Notes under the pieces: generated by a model
The model's input: only the letters and a program-made list of their open reading frames with translations
Told to the model about the DNA's origin: nothing
Databases searched by the model: none
Part shown: positions 36,763-47,364 of the stretch, in pieces
Layout: every line of letters begins with the position of its first letter
Numbering within the stretch: the first letter of the stretch is position 1
NCBI GenBank assembly: GCA_053919585.1
Contig: CM132786.1
DNA length: 47,364 bases
From: Euprymna scolopes
Lineage: Eukaryota
Reading direction: 5' to 3' (one strand)
Translations under genes and position numbers: made by a program

Positions 36763-37526
36763 CTGGGTTGTCTCAAAAGAAGCTTGCGTATTTTACACTT
36801 GATTTCCTTCCTCAATATTTAATTTATGCTTACCTAATTTAACATGTAGGTAGGTGAGCTTCCCCTTCATTTTTAGATATAATAAAATATCATAGTCTAA
36901 TTATACTAATTTTATTTATATAACTTAACTTATGGTATGTTTTTTTCCACAAGGTCTAGGTTTAATTATGACAAATGATGTTACTCACATGTTCACTATT
37001 TTCATTTTCACACTCTTTTGCTCTCTGCATTGTCCATTGGTATTGGCTGAAGCTCTTGCGCCAATTGAATTTTATATGAAAATTTGCCCTCATCATGAAG
37101 CATTCTGTGAGGAGATGATCGAGAGACCCCAATTTGACTTGATCTCCTTCTTACTGATGTAGATGGATCCTCGGTCACACTCTCTGCTAATCTCTGACGA
37201 TTCTCATCACTTCTTGCCGTATGGGGTCTACCAGATTTAGGGAGGTCATATATAGACCCTTGCTCATGAAATTGAGCCACTATAGTTTTTATTGCATTGG
37301 GAGTAGGGAAATTTCTTGTGTTGAAGTTTCGTCGAAATTCTCTTGGAGTTTCTGATATTGATTCATTCAACCGAAAATACGACTCTACGATAAATATCCG
37401 TTTCTCGGTAGTGTAACGACTCATGATGACCTTGGAAGGGTTACTGTAGATAATCTGGGAAAATATAAAAAATTAGGAAAAGTATGATTTTTTTTTAACC
37501 ATCAGCTTCTTTTTTGGGATACCCTG
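36763..37526 (-). mobile_element. Internally deleted Tc1/mariner-superfamily element
   Basis: TA-flanked TIRs CTGGGTTGTCTCAAAAGAAGCT and AGCTTCTTTTTTGGGATACCCTG; contains the N-terminal transposase ORF. Confidence 0.88.
37008..37424 (-). pseudogene. Truncated transposase: DNA-binding HTH region only (DUF4817-like), DD(E/D) catalytic domain missing
   Basis: MSRYTTEKRIFIVESYF..F..QGSIYDLPKSGRPHTARS..DPSTSVRRRSSQIGVSRSS..YKIQLAQEL is a typical bipartite HTH with a GRP linker. Confidence 0.88.
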
Positions 37527-37689
37527 TATAAAAATTTATCGGTAGAAGATCAGGAACTTTTTATTTTCGAATTAGAAAAAATTGGTATTCTAAGAATTCT
37601 TCCCCTTAAATAAGTCATCAATGCGTTCTCGCCATTTACTCCAGTAGATTCAGTTCATCCCAATGACCTTTGTCTGCCGTACTTAAATA

Positions 37690-37729
<40 letters not shown>

Positions 37730-37745
37730 GTAGTAGTAGTAGTAT
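37690..37745. repeat. (ATT)n(TAG)n microsatellite
   Basis: Directly visible. Confidence 0.95.
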
Positions 37746-39844
37746 AGTCTTAAAACGTCCAACCTCCCAGGCTTTTTATTCAGTCTTTTGGAAAAGGTTG
37801 GTTAATTGCAAGCTTTTTTAGCATCTCATTAGGGAATGCAAACAGGGTTGGTTAAATTTAAACAGGCCAGCACAACTCATTTCTGAGGAGTAAATGTTAC
37901 ACAAATATACCAACGTGTTCTATAAGCATTTAGCTAAGAAAACTAAAAAATCATATATATATAAAATACATGTATAATTAAGACATTATTTAATTGATAA
38001 AGCCTGACGAAATTGTAGGTTTAAATATTTATCCAACACATGCTTACTTTGTAGAGATCGTAAGCGTAATTATTTTAAGCGTTATTAATACAAGGACACG
38101 TACGTTACATTTGACACAGCAATGAAAACACAAATAACATTATACATAATTTTAATAAAAATAGATGTCTTACTGAATGGTACTGTGTATTTAATACCTA
38201 TTTATGTAGGGTCTGGTAATCTGAATAATTCACATATTCAGCTGGACATAAAGTCGAACAGTTTGGCTTCATCAATTCCTGATAACTCTCTAACAGGCAA
38301 AAAAGGATATAATCTACCGGTATCAGAATAACGTTGGTGTATCCGAGGATCTTTTTTCATAGAAAATCGTAGGCATACATAATTAACAATTATGAATTTT
38401 GGCTGATTCCTTATAAAATCAAATACGAAAATAATCAGATTATGAAAATAGTTTGCGAATTATTTTTTTCATATGTGTAAATGCTTCGAAGTTTTGTCCT
38501 TATCTTCGAGGTTTGTATCGTTGTGTGCATACTTTAAGGTATTCTGATTCCCAACCTTCACAAACTATATTCTTAATGTCGTAAATAGAACTACTTGTTG
38601 CATTTATTAAGGTACAGTGCTTTTAAAAAAAAGTTAGGATGCATGGAATATCTCAAATCGGTAAAGTATTTCATACGTTACTTCTCATGGATTGAACCCA
38701 TCACCATTAGTTTAAACTCTTTCTATTAGAAACTGTTTACTGATTCCATTAGAAGTGTTGATTTTGTGACTGGTTAAAATATCTACAATAATATGTTAGG
38801 ATCAAGAAATTGTGAAATTTCACATATTTTTTTAACCAGGAAATATTTAATTAAATGGCCAAGATTTGTTTTCAAAAATAGTTATTGCTATATATGCAGG
38901 AGTTCGAAAATGAAAAGAAAAAAAGATTTAAATAAAAATATAGCCAAATGGGCCGCATTCTGCTGTTCATTGGATTTATTTTCCCCGAGTGAACGATGAA
39001 TTCTTTGCGTCTATCTGAACATTAATTATCATGAGACCGCGAATGAATCACCCTCATATTGTGGGTCAACAGAATTGGCTGAAAAGCTGAAGCAACTACA
39101 GCTATTTCAATAATAAATCTATTTTAGTATCGACATTGAAAATTCAGTATAGTGCATGGATTGTACGTGAATTATGTAGAACACGAGATATTTGCTTGGA
39201 AATTGACTTCACTGCCTTCGTTTTGGATTTTTTTTTCTCTGCCGGGAATGGTTATGTTTTCTGTAGTCGATTGGCGTAAAAGCGACAAAACATAACCATT
39301 GGAAATTATGTTAACATCTATGGTTATGATGTACTACAAATAATTTATTCCTGATAATTAATTACGCTTGATTTCGATGTAAAAATGTGCTTCTCTTTCA
39401 ATGTTTGGTCCATGTTTGAAAAATGTACGATCCTGTTCATCGCCATTTTTTGTACCAATGCTCTTATATAAAAAAGCGAGATTAAACAAATAAGGACGAA
39501 TATATCAAGTCTGAATTTTGATTAAGAGTATATAAATTGAACATAAACAACAACATTATACAGATATCACAAAATGTAAAACATGATTTTGAGGTAGCTC
39601 ATGTTGAAATCTAATAGTTTGTATAGGAATACATTGGTAAGTATCGCGTTTTGCAGTTTAAGTCTTACAATATAGTTGATTGTGGAGTCTTTGTAACTAA
39701 AAGCGAAATGCCGCGTAGTCGTAAGTGAAACGAAATCTGTTTGTTCGACAAAACATGTTAGTCATATTAGGACTAGAGCCTGACTTATTTATATTCATGC
39801 TAAAACATATGAATCGATATGCAGTTCTTGCAGTTATGGATTAT

Positions 39845-39972
39845 ATATGGGAGTGTCGAAAAGTCCCAATTCAATTTTAATTTTCTATACAAACAACTGC
39901 ATAATAAAATCGTTATTCAAGACTATATTTATAAAACAAAAGCGGTGGATATGGACATTTTGATCACTATGT
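39845..39972. mobile_element. Possible short Tc1-type MITE (decayed)
   Basis: AGTGTCGAAAAGTCC and GGACATTTTGATCACT are imperfect inverted repeats near TA dinucleotides. Confidence 0.3.
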
Positions 39973-40859
39973 AGTATGGTAGACTTAAGGCAAGGGGTTT
40001 GATTTACCAACTAATTTAGAAATGAGAAAACTTCGACATAATCTCTTCATTTCTTATCCCGACGTTATGTCATGTTTTCTAAAACTTGCTACTAGACTAT
40101 AACAGTTTAACAATGACGACTTAGGAAATGCGCAGTTAGAAATTGTGCAATATTTGCCTCGCTATTTTTCTCTGCACAGTAACATTTAAAGAGGATACGC
40201 ATTATCGTTCCCGCGCTGAAAAACAGGAACCATCTTGGTATTTACACGACTGTTGTTGCAGGCGATGTTCGATGCTCTACGCAAATCACACGTTTCCTGC
40301 TATTTAATCTCGCCTCCTGTAGCAAGCCTCATTACTAAATAGTGATATTTATACAGAAGTGCAGCGTTAAAACTTTTCTCCTAGAGGATTGTCCGATTGG
40401 CAGAAAAAAAGGGTAACAAATGAAGTAAAGCATGTTATGCAATCATTATGATTGCTAGAAATTTCCAAAAGACGTGAGAAAAGAATCAGGCGCGGTAAAT
40501 GACAATGAGGTTATTGAATGTGGTAAAGAAATTGCCAGAGGAAAGGGTGCATATGCTAAAAGCTTCGCAAATTGGAAACTGGTGATAGAAATAGGGACAT
40601 TCAGATCAACGGAAGGAGAAAAAATTATCCGCAAACCGAAAGGACGGGAAGAATAGAAAATAAGTACAAAACTGCAAAGCAACATAGGCAGATTTTTATG
40701 ACTTGCGTCCATAGAATGAGCATTCTTTAACACGAAAAATGCAAAGTGACTCACAAAAGTGAGATAACCGAAATTTTTGCTTCAAATTGATACCATCGCC
40801 AGATGTAAATATTGTTCCCAACTCAAGAATGACGAACTTATGTAAAAATTATATCAAAT

Positions 40860-41380
40860 TGTAACGTGACGGACTGTCCCAATCGTTATATAAAATTGTA
40901 GCGTGATGGATAAATGCAAAAGCTATATCAAACTGTAGCGTGACACACAAGCGCTATAACCTGTAGCGTGACGGACAAATGCAAAAGTTATATCAAACTG
41001 TAGCGTGACACACAAACGCTATAAAAAATCTGTAGCGTGACGGACAAATGCAAAAGCTATATCAAACTGTAGCGTGACACACAAACGCTATAAAAAACCT
41101 GTAGCATGACGGACAAATGCAAAAGCTATATCAAACTGTAGCGTGGCACGCAAACGCTATAAAAAACCTGTAGCGTGACGGACAAATGCAAAAGTTATAT
41201 AAAACTGTAGCGTGACGGACAAACGCAAACGCTACATAAAACTAGCGTCACACACTACCACAATGGCTATATAAAGCTAGAGTGATGAAAAAACGCAGAC
41301 GCTATATCAATTTGTAACGTGACAGACCACTGCAAACGCTTTCAAACTGTAGTGTGATGGATCACTGCAAACCCTTTTTG
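40860..41380. repeat. Dimeric (higher-order) minisatellite, ~37 + ~32 bp units
   Basis: Alternating TGTAGCGTGACGGACAAATGCAAAAGCTATATCAAAC and TGTAGCGTGACACACAAACGCTATAAAAAACC, decaying at both edges. Confidence 0.93.
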
Positions 41381-42026
41381 AAACTTGAGCCTGAGAGATA
41401 ACGCAAACGCTAATTCAAACAAAAGCGTAACAAATCAACGAAACAGAAGCATGGCAGCATTAAGTGCGACAGACCAACTGAAATGCTATTTAAAATTTAA
41501 GCTTAAGAAAATCGATGGACTGTTATATGGATGGTTTGTAGATTTACTAGCTTTTCCTTGCAACAAGATGCAACAGAAGACAAAAAAAATGGAAGAAAAT
41601 TAGCTATTCTGATATGAACACAAGAGTTCTGTACAAAATAACTAAGAGTATCTGTTAACCAAGAGCAAATTGTCTGTATGCATTGTATACAGAATAGATT
41701 AGATTCTAACTCATTTTGATCGTGTATTAAGTCAGAAACTGGCATTTAAATTGAAATAATATCCACATAAAGTAATACGTTACTTTAAAATTACTTGCTT
41801 GCCGGGAGGTGTAAATGGTGAAATAATGTGACAGTTATCCAGATTCACAAAAAAGTAGTTCTGATTCGAACAAAAATAAAAATTATTTTCAATCTAGTAG
41901 GATGGCTCCTTTGAGTGAAGGCAAAAAAACACTACAGTTTAATTTCAGTCGAGAACACCAGGTAATATTTTCCCTTCTTTGCCTTCGAAAAACGAGATAT
42001 GCCACGGTGTTAATTTTATTTATTTA

Positions 42027-42708
42027 CTAGACTACCCGTGACCCGTTGGGTCAGTATGTTATATTAGCTATGGAAGTCATGTATGAGCTTGACACTTGTG
42101 ACGTAAAGAAAATAGTTTTTTTTTTTTTACATAACAGAAACAGTTCTATGAAAGTTTATTCAAATGAAAAAAGAATATAGATAGATTTCTGAGTCGTTCT
42201 GTTTATTATAATTGACTATTCTTTAAGAAAAAACTTACAGTTACTGAATTATAAGTTGTTGGCCATGCTTATAGGTGAATGTGCACTGAACAGATACCAT
42301 AATACTTATAGTTAAATTCAAATTTTGATATATCTGCTTTTATTACATCGTTCATTTCTGTATTACGTTTAAGTTATTTTAAGCTCCACTTTTCCTATGT
42401 TAAATAATAATTTCGAAATAATAACATTAATATTTCAGCATCCCAAGTGTTTTTTGATTTTTTTTTCGCGTTTAAATTATCCAAATAAACAATTGTTAAT
42501 ACTGTCTGTTTTTGTTTCATCGTTCATTTCTGTATTACGTTTAAGCTATTTTAAACCCCACTCTATCCATGTTAAATAAGAATTTCGAAAAAATAACGTT
42601 CATATTTTAGTGCGCAGGTCATGTGCGCATGCGCAACCGGATGTCGCAAATCGGAAAGTGGGTAACATACATAGTTACAAGGTCATTTGAGTTTTATAAT
42701 TATATAGA
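42027..42708 (-). mobile_element. Non-autonomous Helitron with internal ~170-bp duplication
   Basis: CTAG at 42027-42030 plus GACCC..GGGTC hairpin; the other end reverse-complemented reads A|TCTATATAATTATAAAAC; CATCGTTCATTTCTGTATTACGTTTAAG occurs at ~42346 and ~42518. Confidence 0.75.
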
Positions 42709-43481
42709 TTTATTTTTAAATGGAGAATTTCCAAAGCAAGGATTTTGGAAAGCAACAAAGATGTCATGAATCAAATGCGCCTGCATTCTTCAATTCAGGC
42801 ATTTAGGGGGCTACAAAATGAACCAACCCTCCCTCTCGAAATAATGCAATGCTTAGGATTATGGCTTCCTGTGTTGGAGCAGAACCCTACTTCACTTTTC
42901 CTCCGAAGATGAGATAGCATATTTTCACTAAATTTGTTGCTACAAAGAATGCTAACAATAAATGTCTTAATTCCTTTCTTAGATGGTAAGAGTGGGTATG
43001 CAGACTGTAATATATAGATAGATGCTATCTTTTCTGTGAATATGATAATATCTAGGATACCTATTTCATGGCGTGTTAATAATACCGTGACAACCTTGAA
43101 GACGTTAAAAAGAATATGAAGGTCGGATCGTAAAGTACTTTTAAAAGTAAACATTCGTCTATATAATGTTAAATATGGAAACATGGTTTACAACCTGAGT
43201 GGTGGTCCATAGACATCTAAGTCTATGATTACAAGAAAACTATCAAAGTTGTTGATTTCTTTATATTAATATTAAAAAGTTATGCGTGTTAAAAAGGCTA
43301 ACTCTGGAAAATACATGAAAAACTTTTGTTGAACTAAATTCACTATCTTCATATTTAAGCTTATGAATCTAAGTCTCGTTTGAGAATTGTTGATAAGTTA
43401 CAGAAAAATATTTGTAATTTTATTGACCAAACCTTGTCAAAAATCGAGTTTTTCTTTGTGTTAGCCTAATCCTAACACATA

Positions 43482-43903
43482 TCTATATATCTATAAAAGT
43501 GAACGTGTCTGTCTGTGCATGTATATTTCTCTACACAATAACTCTATCAATTTTAAGTCTACAGACTCGAAATTTGATATACTGGGTACTGAGATTTGGG
43601 AAAATCTTGTTATCCGATATCGGCCAGAAATTTGGCTGTTAAAGGGGTCAAAGTTCAACGATTTTACCTTTAAGAACTCTACCAAACTTCTCCGTTAATT
43701 TTAGGTCTAAACACTTGAATGTTTTGATATAATTTCCTTGGACATGGATCTAACTGACTAGCTTGATGATTTGGACCCTAAACAATAAATATTAAGGGGT
43801 TATAATAGGGGTCAAATTTTAAAAAAATTAACCGCTTTTTTTTGGGGGGGGGGGCTCAACATACATCTCCAAAAACCCGGGCAACGCCGGGCTTAAATGC
43901 TAG
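43482..43903 (+). mobile_element. Complete non-autonomous Helitron (same family as 31322-31716)
   Basis: A|TCTATATATCTATAAAAGTGAA ... CCCGGGCAACGCCGGG .. CTAG|T. Confidence 0.92.
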
Positions 43904-44003
43904 TATATATATAATGTTCCACATATGAGGCAATTAATTTCTTGTTGAGTCCAGAGTCAATACTTCTAAAAACAAAAGGAGACCTGTGATATATTCCACA
44001 TTC

Positions 44004-44054
<51 letters not shown>

Positions 44055-44550
44055 TAGCAAGCAGCCTGGTGTTGCATAATCGTAAAATACGATTAAATAT
44101 GTTATTTTAATTTGTGCATATGTCTTATTTCTTATTATTATTGGCACTGTCTAGTATCCTAGCAATAACAGATTTATTCGGTATCATCTGTACTATGTGA
44201 AAACATGTATAAAAACTAAAAATAAATAATGTTTTCTAATGTAAAAATGTACATTTGCGTATGCCAAAAAAAAACACTATAAGTCGACGTATGCATCCCA
44301 ATTTTAATTATTTTCCATTTCTACCCCTTACAAGCTATTTTTCCGGTTAACAGATCAAAGCGAATTTGTCCCGGAAGATTAAAATCCTGTAAATATCAAA
44401 TTTCACGTCCGTAGAATAACAATTAAAAGACTAGTTTTGTACAGAGCGTTCTAAAAAGAGAAAGTCACACACACACACATACATACACATATATATACAC
44501 CGCACTGAGAAAGAATGATCAAGCAAAACAGTCTATGGATGACGTATATA

Positions 44551-44785
44551 TAGCATAATCACGTTTACACACGGACTAAACCAAGATTATCGACATTAAG
44601 CAACGATGAGCCTGGCCAGTACAAGATGGGAGGCCCTTTAAGAATGATAGTGATGTATGTACTGCGCTGGGGCGTAGAAATGTCTGTTATTGTCTGTGGA
44701 CCTATCTAAAGATCACTGGTTGAGATGTACCGTCAGTTTTCGTTAAATCGTTCATCTAGAAGAAAAACTCTGATATAAAATCAGA
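44551..44785 (+). mobile_element. 5S rRNA-derived SINE, copy C
   Basis: AGCATAATCACGTT.ACAC..TTAAGCAACGATGAGCCTGGCCAGTACAAGATGGG head; body (TGTATGTAC.GCGC, TTCGTTAAA..GTTCATC, AAACT..GAT.TAAAA) shared with copy A. Confidence 0.75.
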
Positions 44786-46779
44786 ATGTAACTCTCTGCT
44801 CTGTCTGACATTCGATTGCACCAACTAATATTAGCTGTTGTTCAAGAATGTGCGAATTGTTCTAGACAGGTTTTTATCACGATAAATAATTTATCCGTGA
44901 GGATTTTTTGGACAGCTTAATTGTCACGTGAATCTCATACATCGAAATCGACGAGAGAATCTATTTCGATTTTGTTTAGTTGGTTTTGTATATATTTATT
45001 ACATAAAGTGTTTTTGGGGTGTTTTTTGCTTGTTTATCGTGGCACTTAGAATGAAGGCATTAAAAATATAATGCCTCCTATGTGTGGAACATTATAACTA
45101 TCTCAGTGGTAGGCAGAAACAATAGTTTGCTGACAATCGCTTATCGTTTTGGTTAATTTGAAACATTTTTTCCATTTCATGTTTATATATAATACAAGCA
45201 CGGAAACCAGGCATTGCATGGGATTTAACAAGAATCAACGAATGTTTCGCCCTTCCATATTTTATTGTCACAGAAATCGGTGAAATCAAATCGATTGATT
45301 GCGATCTCTAGTAAAGAACACCTCGCTATACAACTGGAGAAAACGTCAAATTCCTACTCGCACTGAGTTAGCCTATGTTATAATACACTGTAGAGAACCC
45401 ACTGTTGATTTTATAAAGTTATTCTTTATATGATACAATGAGCAAAATCAAAGTTTAAAATACAAAAGTCAAGTTCTATGCTTTAATTGTGACCTAAACA
45501 GAAACATTCATTGCAGAATCGCCCCTGTTATATCAAAGAACCTACTGTTCATTCTATATGCCAGACAGGTTTGTAGGTGAGGTGATAAAATTTCTTAAAT
45601 GCACCTGTGATGTTAGATTATAAAAGTCATAACTCATGTTCCATATTCATTGTTTTTTTTTCTGGATTATCTAGTTTTGATAATTATCAGAGGCATTCCC
45701 CTAAAACCCCTAATCTAAGAACACGTCCAGACACATAAGTTTTGTTTGTGTCAATTTTTTTTAAAAATCGGTCTAGCCGTATTGGAGTCAATAGAGAACG
45801 AACTCACAAACAAGGATTCTTTTAATAGAATAGTAGCAGATAAATATGAAATCGTAATTATATATTAGCAAACGAAATGTATTTCAGTTATGTAATGTAT
45901 AAGGTTCCCTGTTTACTTACATGGCACGTTTAAAAGTTGATAAAATAGTACTTAGTTATTTCCTAGTATTAAGAACAGAATATTGAGAGGCGATGATGAA
46001 CGAGTCTTTTTTATAGTTTTACAAACTTTAATATTTATATTCGAGAAGAATAAAAGAGGCTGTTTATTTAATTACGCCATTTCAAAGACAGACTCGCAAA
46101 TAAAATGGCAGTTATACACAAACGATACGAAAGAGTATACTTAACAGTATTTTTTCATTATGTTTTATGGTCACGTGAAAGTTCAGTAAATGAGATGCCT
46201 TGGGATATGGGATTGATGGTAGTAAAGAAAGTGTAATATCTAGAATAAGAAAATGAGACGGAAGTTGGCCATGAACGCTAGTTTTGACATTACTTTCTAA
46301 GCTGTTTTAGAATGTTGATTCATACTTTTGTAAAGGGATTGCCGTATCTGAGACAAAGAAAACGGCAGGGTGCGGTAAGTAGTTTATATATGTGATGGGG
46401 CTGATTTACACTAGTGTGGGGGTGTGATAAACTTTGTGCTCGCGCATGGTTTGACTTAGGCGAACAGAAACGTTAGATAAAACGAAGCATTTTTCTGAAA
46501 TGTATTTCATTTGTTTTACTCCCACGCGTTCCGTTCGCTGTTCACGCATTTTTCTTGCAAAGTACACGCTCGCTCTACCCATTTTATATTACATCAAACA
46601 TCCAATCTTATTGCCTCCCGCTTTTATTCATGATCGCGTTATATTCATGGATATATGGTCGATTATTCCTGTGCGCTTCTTAGGACTACTTTCATATTCG
46701 TTTCCCTCGCTTTGAATGTACGTGCTTCTCCGTTTTCGCTATGACGTACGACGTAAGACAAACTTTAGCTATACATTTT

Positions 46780-46920
46780 TAAGAATAGAGAAATAAAAAG
46801 GAGCAAACCGAATAATGTGTTCATCAACGTTTCGTCTTCATTTCGAGACTTCCTCCGAAATAAAGACGAAACGTTGATGAACCCATAACTCGGTTGGTTT
46901 CTTTTTATTTCTCTATCTTA
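46780..46920. repeat. ~65-bp-arm inverted repeat with a hammerhead-like core (possible Penelope inverted pLTR remnant)
   Basis: Arms 46780-46846 and 46856-46920; the minus strand reads (CG)GAGGAA-GTCT-loop-AGAC-GAAACGTTG. Confidence 0.8.
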
Positions 46921-47364
46921 CAGTACATATATATATAAGTCGGGTGACCTGGCTTTTCCCGCGTTTGAATATCAAATAGTATCACACGTAGCGTTATACT
47001 GTCGAGAGTTCATTTTAACAGCAACCATTGTTTTAGTCGGATGTATTAAACATTAATTTATGTATATATAATTTAATGTTCATAAATAGATGAAAGTCAA
47101 TGTACAACATGGCGGAATAGAGGACTTTTTTAATTACTAACAAAGCAACAGTCCTGGTATGGTTCTTTGTACATGTAAGACACTTATAATTTTGGCATAA
47201 TAAATATTTCTGCATAGGAAGCATTTCTCTCGATAACAGTGGTAATAAAGGCCTACTTTTTCTTATTTAAAAACTATTAAAAACAGTTTTCCTTAATTAT
47301 TCCTTGTTTTACGAATTATTATCAGATGATCGGTTTCTTTTAAGTATACGCTTAATGTAAGTTG

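Noticed and set aside
40455-40754. Overlapping 60/99-aa ORFs as an exon
   Set aside because: No recognisable domain or convincing splice signals; possibly decayed TE.
40860-41380. CRISPR-like array
   Set aside because: The intervening sequences are themselves repeated (two alternating types), there are no cas genes, and the context is eukaryotic.
42795-43184. 129-aa minus-strand ORF
   Set aside because: No recognisable homology or gene structure; left unannotated.

Overview
AT-rich eukaryotic (animal) genomic DNA from a gapped draft assembly with four N-gaps and many (TA)n/(GT)n microsatellites. The repeat landscape resembles coleoid cephalopod (squid/cuttlefish) DNA; that assignment is from recall and unverified. 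I found no recognisable host protein-coding gene, intact tRNA/rRNA gene or CRISPR. The window is mostly decayed and nested transposons: many non-autonomous Helitrons and Helentron-like (HINE) elements, two Tc1/mariner remnants, a hAT MITE with an 8-bp TSD, CR1-group and RTE LINE fragments, three 5S-rRNA-derived SINE-like copies, and three TSD-flanked copies of a 'headless' SINE with the same 5' end. The most interesting signal is a possible Penelope/hammerhead system. It comprises a decayed Penelope-like (Naiad-type) RT fragment (~1.9-2.6 kb), a ~110-bp element in a (TA)n tract that joins a tRNA-like Pol III head to a minimal type I hammerhead ribozyme with all core nucleotides present (7201-7310), and further hammerhead-like remnants. 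Also notable are an orphan 293-codon ORF (23919-24800), a complex snap-back foldback (29086-29338) and a dimeric hairpin minisatellite (~40860-41380). All alignments were done by eye, so boundaries are approximate unless TSDs or termini are quoted.
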